A stretch of 64,000 nt of DNA from Lama glama (taxonomy: Eukaryota): contig CM052816.1 of the NCBI GenBank assembly GCA_028534125.1, positions 10,108,001 to 10,172,000 on the forward strand, given 5' to 3'. The notes beneath the pieces are model-generated. The model had not been told where the DNA came from and searched no databases. It saw only the letters and a program-made list of their open reading frames with translations. Both the position numbers and the translations under genes were made by a program. Positions 39,646 through 52,313 of the stretch are shown one piece after another. How positions within the stretch are numbered: position 1 is the first letter of the stretch; the number at the start of each line of letters is the position of its first letter.

Positions 39646-40952
39646 TGTTTTGCGTCAAACCAATTGACCAACCTCCCAACCACACACTTTATCCTGACGT
39701 TAGAGCCAGAGCATTTCTGCCCTCGAATTGACCTTAGATGTCACTGAGTCCAACTCTCTCACTTTGCAGCCCTGAGGGTTGAGGCCCAAAGTGGAGAGGG
39801 TTTTGCCCAGTGTTGCACAGAACCTCAAACATATTCTTGCCTTAGCAAGTGACCATTCACTGTCTCTGAGCTAAGGTCTCTCTGAATTCCCTTGTAGCTT
39901 CAATAACCTACTGCTTAAGGTGCAGAAAAGAGAAATCACATATAGTGAACTCGTATGTGGAACTCAGGTTCAAACACAGCTTGAGCAAGACACATATTTC
40001 CATACATTCACAGTGGGCTTATCTGATGCAAAAGACATTTCAAGGAATCAAGAAATCAGAAGACAATTATCCTTTAGCACAAAGAATATTCTCTCTTCTA
40101 TCACCAATGAGCAGATTTCAAAGAGATTTCACTCACGCATCCTGGGTGTAGCAGATGATGAGCTAAAATTATCCAGGCTGATTTGTGTGTGTGTGCAGAT
40201 GTTTGCCTGTACCTCGTTATTCACACTCCACTGTGCTGCTAATGCCATTCTCTCTCTGGTTCCGTCCAATAAACGCTGCGTTTTTCAGAGAAGCGAGCAA
40301 GCGCGGCTCCAGTGGGCCTCTGACTGCCTTCACACGCTGTCACGCTGCAGGGCTGCTTCTCCGGAGAAGCTCCCCAACTCCACCCCAGAGCCTTTCTTCA
40401 GAGTCAGAATCATCAGCAGTATCAAGTACAAAGGATGACTGACAGCCAAAGGTGCTTAGGAGCTAAGGAAGAGAAACCTCTGCCAGACTTTGCTATTGAC
40501 AAATGACTGTCTTAGTTATCAAAGAGAATCCAGTTGATTTTCCACTGTGAAGCTGACTGATTATGAATGGATAATTCAGCCCCCAAGAGGAGTGAACCAT
40601 TCCTCCCTGCTTGTCTTTCCTTACTTTGCTCCACCTCTAATGTTGGAGACTCCTCCTCTTGTCCTCTCTCGCACCAAAAGCCCCAGTCAAGGGAGGCAAG
40701 GAGAGAAAGGAAGGTGTAACCCCATAACTCCGTAAGGGGAGACAGTCTAGGGGACCTGGATTTTAGCAGTGAATCTACTATGAACTGACTGTGTTACTTA
40801 GAGCAAAGTCAAAACATTTCCCTGGGTTATCTTTTTGATCTCTGAGGTTCTGTACTACTTGGAAATTCTGGGACTGGCTCTTTTTATGCCTTGTGAAGCT
40901 CCTGTTTTATTGCAAATAAATTCCATCCATTTCAAATTTTGCCAAGTGCATT

Positions 40953-41430
40953 TGTCAGGAGTTATTCTTTTGCAAGCGACAGAAACACAACTCATCCTGA
41001 TATAAGCAGTAAAGATGATGTATTATGTCATGTAAATGGAAAGACTGGAGAGAGAGCTCTACTCACATATGTTTCTCTCTCAGGGTTCTGTCTTGCTGAT
41101 TGATTCTGTCTTCCTCCCTCTTGGGTTCTACTGTGCTCTCTGTGTGAGCGCTTCACTTGCGTTGGCAAGATAACCACTACCAGATCCAGACTGACGTTCC
41201 CTCGACTCAAGCGAAATAATTCCAGCAAAAGTCTGGGAATTTTCACTAGACATCCTAGAACCAGTTGCTGTGGTCAGTTCTAGATCACGTACCAGAGCTT
41301 GCCAGGCAAGTAGGAGAGAGGCAGAGGGGGAAGGCAGCTGCCTCTACTGAAGTCAGCTGAACTGAGAATGGAAATGGGACGTTTCCCCGAAGGGGGTTCT
41401 GTTGTTAGAAGAATATGGAGGTTGTGGGCA
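40953..41430 (-). mobile_element. Old MaLR LTR (MLT1J/K-like)
   Basis: tgtcaggagttattcttttgcaagcgacagaaacacaactc...tcctagaaccagttgctgtggtcag. Confidence 0.55.
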
Positions 41431-43995
41431 AGGAGCATGGGTGGACAGTAGGTTTCAGAGTCTTTGAAGCCTAACTTGGGCTAATAAGAAGATTCTCTCC
41501 TCACTTTTCCAGTGGACTGCTTTCATCTTACTTGCACTAAGACGGTATGATAAAGGATTAGCGTTCTCTTTATCTTTCAAGTACTCTGCCGTTACCACTC
41601 AACCACAAACCAGTCCCTGGTGGCAAAGTGACCGTCTTCTATCTTGGAATTTCACCTGGGGTAACTTTCTGAGCTCTGTTAAAGGTATGCTTCTCCAAGA
41701 GGTTTTGAGTTTGCTCCTCTCTGTTCACTTGGAGCACTGGTTTTTCAACCAGCATGTTTTTGACTACCACAGGTGGCTAAGCACAGGAAGCATACATTCC
41801 GGCCACCCGTCCATCCGCATGAAGGATGACTTGTGGCTGTGTCTCAGGGAATGGTTTTTCTTCTTCTTTACACATCAACAAGTTTGAAGTAGACATTTTG
41901 CCTTAGTATTCTTCTGGCAGAGCAGGTTGATTTTTACCTCTCTTTGGAAATTTTACACAGGCTCCTTCATCCAAAAGTAAGGCCTTACTCAGGGCAAACA
42001 CTAGGGTTTCTTTCCTGTCCCCAGTGCCCACGAGTCGTCATGTTTTGACACATGCCCCTAGGATGAAGCCGTCTGGGGTGGTGGTTTACGTTGCTGGCGT
42101 CCTGTTTTCATTCTGTTACTGGCTGCTGCCATTGTGGTTAATCTATACATTTTAGGTCATTTTTTAAGTGTGTAAAATATTCAAGAAAACTAGTTCACTG
42201 TATGGATAGAAAAGAAATTCCCTTTAATTCCGCTGCGTCACCCAAGCCCCTCAGCCCTGTTCCCACCTCACTTGTCTTTCTACCTACTCTCTGTGTCCTG
42301 GTTTTATTCTTAGAAGACTCCTCTAATTATTCTCTTTACCAAGGTAGACAACTTCCCAGAATGTGTCTGTCAATTATCTTTTATTACCTGGAAATCTCTC
42401 TACATCTGTCCTTCTCCATGTCCACTGAGGCTGGATCCTGACTCTGTCTTGTTTAACAGCTGCAATAAATTTCTTACCATAACTCATTTGTCCTAGTAAT
42501 ATGCAGCTCTGCTCATGTCAGGCACCTGTTCAAACCATCAGCAAACCCCGTGAACCCTACTAAATACAACCTTTAACTGGCCTAAATTACCTTTCCAGCT
42601 CTGTTTTCTTCTATTTCCTTTACCAACAGCACAAGCTTGGTATACCCTGGTGTTTTCCCTGCCGTGTGTAATAGTTGGAGATATATATGTATTATCTGCT
42701 GGGGTCACAGTGTGAGCAAAGGCAGGAGGGGTGGAAAAATATAAGATAATTACAGTGAAAGGGTAGCAAATAGATCCTGTAGAGCCAAATCTTAGATTAC
42801 ACAAATTTTGATAAATGAGATTTGGACCAGATTGCAAAGAGCTTTTAATGCTGAAATGTAGTCATCATTCTATGGGCCACTGTGCACCAGGGAAAGACCG
42901 TACTGTATGTATTTTTGTAACACCACTTTGCACAGCACTAGGAAACATACACGAATAACATCCTCTGAAGCTGTGCAATAGTCTCTGTAAATCTCGTTTC
43001 ATATGGAAAAAAGTCTTGGGCATCACTGACATTTGTTATCTGCTTACTGAATTTTGTTCGACCTCCATAGGGATTTGTCTTAACGTTCTTTGTGTAATCA
43101 CCTAACTTTTGTCGGGATAAGGAAAGTTAAGAGAGGTAGTAGCCTGTATATTGGGAAGATCTCCATAGAATATTGTTTTGTTTTCATCTCTCCTTTGAAA
43201 TGGAAGCAAGTAATATAATATTATATTCAGATGTTAGATACTGGATCCATTGTGGCTTTAAAACGTATAACATAATAGAACCTTGTATTATTCAGCATAA
43301 CTTTGTCAGGAAGAAACTGTTTTGAGTTATATAATTTATGTCTCAGTCTAAGTCTAGCAGCTGTGCCAGAAGTTAGTCCTCAATTCCTGTAAATCAGTAT
43401 TCAGTACCTGAGCTTAAATGAAGACAAAGGTCCCTGAGGTACTTCTCTCTCTGTCTCTCTCCCCTTTCTCTGCTTCCCCTACCCCATCACACGCAAAGGT
43501 ACATCCTCCACTTCTGTAAGGACAGGGGAAGAGAGAAGCAAGCCTTGCTTTGCAGGTCAGAAGCTGGGGGGGTGGGAACCATAAACACCTAGGCCTGGGG
43601 CACAGGCTAGGGCTGCTGCAGTTGGAAAGTGCTGTTTCTGTTAGGTAGTACCCTAAGAAGGGATCCTACTCATCTGGCTTTCTCTAGAGAGGAAATCTGA
43701 GAACTGGTGTAGCCAAACTGCAAACTAGGGGAAACCATCGTTAAGTTTCGCCCACCTTGAATCTAAGGGGGAAAAGCCCACATCCTCGAGAGTCTTTTCC
43801 ATTGTGGAGTGAGTGTGGAAGGAAACCTGGCAACTGGTGCCATTTTGCTTTTCTTTTTTATCCTCTCAACCACCATATAAGCTTTTCTTCATTTAAGCTT
43901 GTGTTAAAGAGCAGTTAATTTAATCGAATTGGTAACTATCTATAAACTGCCCAATTTAGTACAAAAATTACTCTGTAAGTGTCTTGAGTGTTGAT

Positions 43996-44784
43996 GCGGA
44001 GAAAAGGGATCCCTAGTAACACTGTTGATGGGAATGTCAGTCGGTGCAGCCACTATGGAAAACAGTATGGAATTCTCTCAAAAAATTAAAAGTACAACAT
44101 TGTAAAATGATTATAAATCAATAAAAAATGTTAAAAAAAATTAAAAGTACAACTACCATATGATCCCGCAATCCCCACTCCCAAGTATTTATCTGAAGAG
44201 AACAAAAACACTAATCTGAAAAGATACATGCACACCCATGTTCATAGCAGCATTATTTACAATAGCAGAGATTTGGAAGGAAACTAAGTGCTGTCAGACG
44301 AATGGATAAAGAAGATGTGACATATATATACACATAAATATATATAGTGGAATAGTACTCAAACATAAAAAAGTGTATGAAATTCTGCCATTTGCAACAA
44401 CCTGAACGTACTTAAAGTTTATTATGCTTAGTGAAATAAGTCAAAGAGAAACAAATACTGTATGATATCATTTATGAGTGGAGTATAAAATATAAACCAA
44501 ACGAATGACTATAACAAAACAGAAACAAACTCGCAGAGGTAGAGAACAAATTAGTGTTACCAGTGGGGAGAGGGGAGGTGGGAGGGACAAGATAGGGGTA
44601 AAGGATTAAGAGGTACAAACCACCATGTATAAAATAAATAACATACTGAACAACATGGGGAAATATAGCCGTTATTTTATAATAACTTTAAATGGAGTAT
44701 AATCTATAAAAATATTGAATCACTACATTGTACACCTGAAGTTAATATAATATTGAAAATCAACTGTACTTCAATAAAAAAAAA
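43996..44784 (+). mobile_element. L1 3' fragment with poly(A)
   Basis: ORF2 end and 3' UTR (ggtgcagccactatggaaaacagtatgg; catgttcatagcagcattatttacaatagc), then aataaa and A tail. Imperfect TSD ending tgagtgtt(g/a)at. Confidence 0.92.
44099..44134 (+). mobile_element. Ultra-short young L1 tail nested in an older L1
   Basis: attgtaaaatgattataaatcaataaaaaatgttaa between TSDs aaaaaattaaaagtacaac (44080-44098 and 44135-44153). Confidence 0.85.
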
Positions 44785-45672
44785 AAGAGTTCTGAGTGTT
44801 AATACTTATCATGTCTTCAGCTTGGTTTGATTCTAACTTGATCACGAGTGCTCATCCTCAGTCTAAACTTGAGAAGGAGGGGAGAAGATCCTTCTGGTGC
44901 TGTATCTAAGAGTGGTCACGTAATAAAACAACTTGGCTTGCTTGCCCGTCCTTCTGTTTTATACTGTGCCTTCAAGTTACTCAGCCTCCATTGTAGAACC
45001 TTAAACAAACACATTTGTCACAATTTGATAAGCTCTGAGCCACGTATATGCATTACTTTGGTCAAAAGACCAAGAAGACTTAAAAATTCACTTCTGTGCC
45101 AGTCAAAACAATTTAGTGTTTTGTTTTCTTTCACTGAACCATTGTTTCCATCTTTACTGTATTTTTTCTTTCAAAGTTGAACTCTGACTCTGAGCAACAA
45201 ATAAGAATGAATTTGAACAAATACTAAGAGATTAGAAAAGCCTGAGACAGAGGCAGTCTCCAGAGGAGATACAACCTGAAGGCACATTCAGGGAGGCACA
45301 AGAGGCCAGATGACACACCAGACTGCAAAAGCTGCAGAGGGAGTGGGGGAGAATGACGGACAGTGGCTTTGACCAGCAGAGCCTGTCCATTTTCTAGACA
45401 GTGATAGGGTCCGTAGGCATCTTGTTGGGGTGGCTCGTTTTCCTGCCATGCCCTCTCCATCTCTCAGGAAGTTGTGGCCTGGGGTAATGACTGTTTATGA
45501 TGTAGACAGCCCACTGAGGAGACCTATTTCTATTTTAGCTGCCCATAATCAGAATGTAATCCCAAAGTTAGCCACAAAGGCATGATGGGAAACAGCTTTC
45601 AAAATAACGAGCTGCTGGCATCCCTCTCGAATGAACTTTATCTTCTCTGGTCAAAATAGAACACTAAAGGAA

Positions 45673-45776
45673 TTTTATTTTTTTAATTATTATTTTTAAC
45701 GGAGGTACTGGGGCTTGAACCCAGGACCTCTTGCATACTAAGCATGTTCTTTGCCACTGAGCTGTACCCCTGTCCC
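45673..45776 (-). mobile_element. Vic-1-like SINE (short-tail form)
   Basis: ggaggtactggggcttgaacccaggacctcttgcatactaagcatgttctttgccactgagctgtacccc. Confidence 0.9.
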
Positions 45777-46549
45777 TCAGGGATTTTTTAAACCTCAATA
45801 TTTTTCCAATGTAGGTGGTTGCAAATGCAGCAGACAATTCAACATTAAATCTGAGGTTCAATGAGGGTGCTCTTACTTGGCATCAAGAGAAGAACTAAAT
45901 TCTAGTGTGGCTATTCTGATCATCAGTTTAAATGTATTAATTAATTGACCATAGAATTCTTTAGCAAATGAGTTATTGTAAGTGGTGTTAGAAGAAAGTA
46001 TTCCTTTGAGAAGGAGCAAACACCTCAGATAGGTACTTAATGGATTTGATTTTCTACTGAAATCTGATTTGTATGTTTAGAAGTTCAACCCTCAAATTAG
46101 TTGTAATTCTGAGTCTTTAAACCATTTAAATCATTCTATTAATCTGAGTTTTTAAGTCCTTTGAAATTTTGACTTGACAGGACTATGACTAAAGAGCAAA
46201 ATTTTGAACTTAAAAGATTACCATAAAAATAAATTAATGGCTTTAGGAGAATGGAAATAGGGTTTACTAATTTTAATTCCATTTTTGACATTTTATGCCC
46301 CCTGCCCCCTTGGCAAAAATAAAAAGATTAATTAAGCTTTCAACACTTTTTATTACAAAGAAATGTGTTTGCAAAGTCTCTTTCCCATCCCTAACCCCAC
46401 GCATCATTCACCAGTCAATTTTGTGCATTGCTTTTTAATTCTGAAAGATGAACAAGGAAAATGGCTTGTAATTTGTAGCTATGACATAAATGGATGAGAT
46501 TATTTCAATGACTGCTCGCCATGGTCTCATCAAAGGTCAGCTGTCTAAC

Positions 46550-46770
46550 AGTAATCATAATGCTAAAATGTGTTGAGTTTTACTATGTGCCAATTACTCT
46601 TGTATGTATTTGCATGTATTAGCTTATTTGATCCATCCAACAACCTATGAGACAGAAATTAAAAGCTGGGCGGAGAGAAGTTAAGTAATGTGTCCAAGGT
46701 CACACCCTAAGTGGTTAGAGCTGGTCTTTAAGCCTGAGGTCTGATCCCAGAGCTCTTGCCCTTAACTGTA
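46550..46770 (-). mobile_element. MIR SINE
   Basis: gagaagttaagtaatgtgtccaaggtcacac core. Confidence 0.75.
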
Positions 46771-47559
46771 ATGCAACATCACTTTTCTGTACTTGTTAAG
46801 AAATACGAGTTTGTGATTATGTTTATAAATAGCTATCACTAAAGACAGGAAAAATATATATGACTTCTACTGTTTTCATTAAGTAAAAGTTGTCTGCCAT
46901 TTTAGACTGTATACAAAATTGATGGTGCAAATAATTATTACTGAACTGTTTGATACAGCAAGTGAAAAAAAGCATCCACTTAAACTTACAGAAAGAAATC
47001 ATTTGTGCTCATTTTCCCGCAGTTTTACAATATTTGTCATCAGTGTTGGTGTTGACAGTTTTCCCTGTTATCATGAGCTGTTTTGTCAATCTTACCAGTT
47101 CCCACAGACTTTTACAAATACAAATGTTCTGAATCTAACTTGACAGCAGCAAGAAATCAGAGAGACAGAGATCGAGAGGAAACAGAGAGCTTTGTTTTGC
47201 TTTGAGATGGATGCCTTTCCTATACTCCTGGGCCAGAGTTACAAGTGCTGTCCTCTCTTTTTGCTATTCAACAATCTAATCATTCATTCACTCTTTTTTT
47301 TCATTTAAAAAATATTCACTGTATACTTTGCTGTTCTTATGCTAGTCACTGCTGGGGTTTTTTTGCTCACTTTGGTGAGCAAAACCCAACGCTATCCGCT
47401 TTCATAGGGCTTCCATTTTAGTGGGGGTTAAATATTGATCCAAAAAGTCAAGCAAATACATAACCACAAGCTGTGATACAATGCTATTTAGAGAAAAATA
47501 GCTGATGCTATGGAAACATGCGTGAGACGAACCCGTCCTGTTCTGAAAGCCAGGAAGGC

Positions 47560-48006
47560 TTCCCTAGGACTGCCGTGATGACCACAAAGTTGGTGGCAAA
47601 AAATGACAGAAATGTATTCTCTTATAGTTCTGGAAGCCAGTGATGTGAAATCCAGCTATTAACAGAGCTGGCTCGCTCTGGAGGTTCTGAGGAGACTTCT
47701 TCACGCCTCTCTCCGAGCTTCTGGTCGTTGCTGTCAGCCCTTTGTGTTCCTTCGTTTGTAGGACGCATCACTCCAATCTCTGCTTCTGTCTTCCAGGTGT
47801 TCTTTCCTTTGTGTGTGGGTGTTTGTGTGTAAATATTCCATTTTTTTGAAAGTCATTGGATTAGGGCCCACTCGAATCTAGTATGACCTCATCTTAACTT
47901 GGTTACATTTGCAAAGACCCTGTTTCCAAACAAGGTCACATTCAGAGGTACCAGGAGTTTAGGTTTAACCGTATCTTTTTTAGGAAACACAGCTCAATCT
48001 ACAACA
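47560..48006 (-). mobile_element. MaLR solo LTR (MLT1C-like) inserted in an antisense L2 (~47270-48130)
   Basis: cagaaatgtattctcttatagttctggaagccag...gcatcactccaatctctgc...tttgcaaagaccctgtttccaaacaaggtcacattc. Confidence 0.85.
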
Positions 48007-49413
48007 GCTTCCGTGAGTCAGTTACACTTGAGCTGAGATCATTAGACTCTAAGGAAGAGAGGACCCTGCAGAGGGAGTGGTATGTGTAAAGGCCCTGAGG
48101 CAGGAGGGGGTCTTCTGTTCAATGGCTTGAAAGAAGGACACAGAAATAGACGCATGTGCAGGGAAACATAGGAATGAAGAGACACAAGGATGTGCAAAGT
48201 CCAGAGGCACAGGTGCAGCACATCAGCATCCCCTCACACAGGTGTGGACCATCGCAAGGCCCTTGTATTCACTGCAGCCCCAGTGCCCCTTTCTCCACTG
48301 ATCAGCCAGCACCGTCTTGTGTCCTTGAGCAGACAGAGGGAAAAACACTCCCCTCTTCTGGGTGAGGCTGTAGGAGAAAAAGTCTATGTGGCTAAGCTTC
48401 GGTGGTGATACATCAATACAGCATTTGGCTACATCCCAGCTTTGTAGCAGCTTGGGTAACTGGCTTCATGTTTCTGAGCCCCAATTTCACATCTCTAAAG
48501 TGGGGAGCGTAGTATCTGTCTCAGAGTCTCTTTGTGAATTTTACATGAGATAAAGCATGTTCAGACACTTTGTGGACTTATCAATTTGTGGAAAAAAAGG
48601 AGAAAGAATGTTAGGCAATACCAGGAATAGGGAAGATTAAAAATCCTCGGCCTTTTAAGCTTAGCACACACAGTTCATGCAAATATCTTCCCAGTGACAG
48701 AAGGAGCAGGGCTCGGGGAGGGGGGTTTATTAATAGCATTTCCCAATCTGTATACCATGGAGGAGGTGAGAAGGTTAATAATAACAATAACGTTGAATCT
48801 GTGTACAGTGGAGAAGGTAGGAGAGTTAATCATTTTAACAATTGAATTTATGTACGGTGGTTTACGGGTAACGCTAGTTTCCTCAGATAAAGTCTCATGC
48901 AATGCTTGTGTCTCCTAAACGCCTTTTTAAAATAAAACTCACGTATCAGGGGGATGGGAGAGTCTGTCCACACAGACCTTATCTGCTATAGCACGTTGGC
49001 AGCGGTGGTTTATCACGTTTACTGATCTTGGGAAGGCTGAGAGGAGTGAGACACTGGGCCAGATGTTGACAAAAGAGGGGGAGGAAGGTGGCCAGAATGA
49101 GGCTCCAGTCACCCCCAACCCCCCATGGGCATCCTGGGAGGCAGAAAAGAGAAGAGATCTTGTTTTCACCCAGGACCGACCTGTCCACTCCGAGGGTCTC
49201 AGCTTTTCCAGAAGCAGATCAAAGTATGTCATCATCAGAGCTGTCGTCAGGGTGGGGCTGATCACACAGAGGATGCCCCAGTGTGTCTTGCAGTGGTGCC
49301 CCTGCCGCAGCTCCGCAGGATCACCTGCATGCTGACCCAGGGTTGAGACGGGAAGGGTCAGAGCAACATTCCCCAGAGGGTTTGAAGTAAATGATGGGAA
49401 GCATCTAGGAATA

Positions 49414-49468
49414 CTTTTTTTGAAGTATAGTCAGTTACAATGTGTCAGTTTCTGGTGTACAGCACAGT
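49414..49468 (-). mobile_element. Short L1 3' terminal fragment
   Basis: tttttgaagtatagtcagttacaatgtgtcagtttctggtgtacagcac resembles the start of the 10213 element. Confidence 0.7.
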
Positions 49469-50229
49469 ATACAAAGCATTTTTGATCCCAGAATGAGGTG
49501 GAACCCTTCACCTGTATCTTTGCAAAATATGCTGTGGCCTCGTGTGCACATAGAAGTGCATATGTGTGTAGATACAAAAAAATTACACTTGGTATTTCAT
49601 TCCTCGTCTTGCTCTTTTGACTCAGTAATATGTCTTGAAGTACAGCTAGTCTCATTGGTTCATTATAGTCTGCTTATATATTATTTAACCATTGCATACC
49701 ACTGTGTAGACTGGACACACCACTTTATTAAGCCAGTTTCTTTCACATGGACCTGATATTGTTTCTAATTTTTTACTGTCACAGTGTCGAGCAGATACGG
49801 GGTTGACCTTTATGGAGTCCCGCGTTGTTACCTTTTGTATGCTATATAATGTATATATTTCGCTTGCTAATTTTTTGTCTTGCTCTCCTAGAATATAAAC
49901 CCCATGAGAGCAGGGATTGTTGTCTCTTCTGTCTGCAGCTCTATCTCCAGCACCTGAAACTGCACTCAATCCATATCTATTGGAAGAATGCCTGTGGCCA
50001 CGTTCTGCCTTCACATCGAGCTGTGCTGTGTTGTCCTCCTGATAGAGTTAAGCTCTCAAAGGGGCAGTTCACCCTTGTCTCTTTCATCTACAGTGCCTGG
50101 CATAATGCCTTTCTTAGAGTGGGAGCTTGATAAATTTTAGAGACAAACACTCTAGCAAAGGTTTAATACTTCATTCAGGCCTCTCTGACTTTGCATCTCA
50201 GCTCAACAATTGACTGGTCAGAATTTTGG

Positions 50230-51000
50230 CCAAACACCGACTTCAGAAGGATTACAGCAGCTTATCTCTGGCCCCTCCCACCATCTGCACAGCTCCCTCC
50301 CTGACCTAAGCCACCACCACCTCTAAAAAAGCTGTATTTTTGCAGTGGTTTCCAAACCAGTCTCCTTACTGCCACTCTTACTTACTGCAGATTCTTCTAC
50401 AATTACCATTGCAGTCAGTGCGATGCTAAAACCTCAGTCAGATCAGGGCACCCCTCCTGTCACAGCCTCCAACGGGACCTCACTCTGAGTAAAAGCCCAA
50501 GTGGAGGTAAAATGTCCTAAAAAGCACAGTGTGGTCTGCACCCGCTTGCCCTCCCACCTTGGCTTCTGTCCAGGCTTGCGCATCCCCTCCAGCCTGGCCG
50601 GCTTCCTGCAGTTCCTAGAACTTGCATGTCTGTGCCCACTGTGCAGCTCTTGGACCTGCCCTGGTGCTTCTGGAATGCATTTCCCCCTAGGCATCTGCCT
50701 GGCTCACCCTTTTCAGACTTTAGCCAAATAGCACCTATTTGGTGAGACTTTCCCTTATCTAAAATCTCAGCGCCACCTGGACCCTTCACATCACTGTCTG
50801 TGCTTTATTATTTTTTTTCCATAGAACTTTGCCATAATCTATCAGAATACTTATGCATGTATTTATCATGTTTATTGTGTACCTCTCCCAGCAAACACGT
50901 TACCTCCACGAACCAGAGATCTTTGTCTGTTTTCATTTCTTTTTTCAGTGCCAAGAACAGTGCTTGGTAGCTGTTAAGTGTTCAATAGGCATTTGGCCAG
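50230..51000 (+). mobile_element. L2 (L2a-like) fragment
   Basis: aagccaccaccacctct...gttcctagaacttgc...cagtgccaagaacagtgcttggtagctg. Confidence 0.75.
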
Positions 51001-51976
51001 TAAACTGGTTTTAAAACAGATCTCTTATTTGATGCAGACCTTGCTAAATCCTTTCTCTTCGTTATTCTGAATTTTCACCACCAGCCTCCGAGGGAGGCAG
51101 TATCATGAAAGAGTGAAGGCAATGGGCTGGACAGTCAAAACAGCTTGGATTAAATGTTCACCCAGTGCAGTACTTAACAGCTCTGGTCTGACGGTCAGTT
51201 ATTCATCCTCACTAAGTCTCTGTTACCTCATCTGCATGAATACAAGGGAAATGTTTCTGGTTACTGTTTACTACTATTGGCTACATTTTGTCAGACTCAG
51301 TGTAAAGTAACCAGGTCAACAGTATAGGAAGTTTTTCGATCACAGCCCTAGATCCAGGCTTCAAATCCCGTCTTATTTAATTATCCATCTCATGTGATCA
51401 TTTAAGACTTAATAGCTATTTTGTGCGCACCGTTTTGCAGGAGTAAAGTACTCCCTTCTCATACCCAATTTTACACAGGAAAAATGTTAACTGCTAGGGT
51501 TTAAGTGCCCTGAAAAATGGGATTTATCAGTGAAATGCTCTAAGCGATGAACTCCGTCAGGTTTCAGAGCATTGTTGCAATAATGAAACACAGACTTGTG
51601 TCAGCTCTTTGTAATGCTCTGGACAAGAAATGTGTTTGTGGACTTACACTTTGATTTCTATAGAGCAGGACTTGTTTTTGAGTCATCTGAGAATTTTCAA
51701 GGTAATAATAGATATCAAAACTGGGGGAAAAAAAGATATTCCCTTTCTGATCCTAAAGAAGAGACCAAGGCTGAGTAGTGGTTAAAACGAATGTCTTTGA
51801 ATCAGGCTGACCTGATTTTAAATTTTGACAGACACATCATAGGCTCTCAAGAAACAGTTGAATCGATGAATGGCTCATAAACATATAAGCTGTGTAACAC
51901 TGGACAAATTTTAAAATGTTAACGTCTTCTTTTGCACAGTGGGAAAATGATACCTACATCAAGAATATGTTTTAGA

Positions 51977-52313
51977 TGTGGAATCGAAAAAAAAAAAAAA
52001 GACACTATGAACTCATCTACAAAACAGAAACAGATTCGCAGACATAGTAAACAATCTTATGGCTACTGGGGAAAAGGGGTGGGAAGGGATGAATTTGGGA
52101 TTTTGAGATTTACAAATGTTAGCCACTATATATAAAAATAGATTTTTTTTAAAAGTTACTGCTTATAGCACAGGGAACTATATTCAGTATCTTGTAATAA
52201 CCTTTAATGAAAAAGAATACAAAAACGAATATATGTATGTATATGCATGACTTGGACATTGTGCTGTACACCAGAGATTCACACATTGTAACTGACTGTA
52301 CTTCAATTAAAAA
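51977..52313 (+). mobile_element. L1 3' end inserted in a MIR
   Basis: atgaactcatctacaaaacagaaacag...tatagcacagggaactatattcagtatc. Perfect 16-bp TSD aagaatatgttttaga at 51961-51976 and 52314-52329. Confidence 0.92.

Noticed and set aside
39920..40438. 172-aa plus-strand ORF, the longest gap-free ORF
   Set aside because: It starts at GTG, has no recognisable domain, and its length is compatible with chance.
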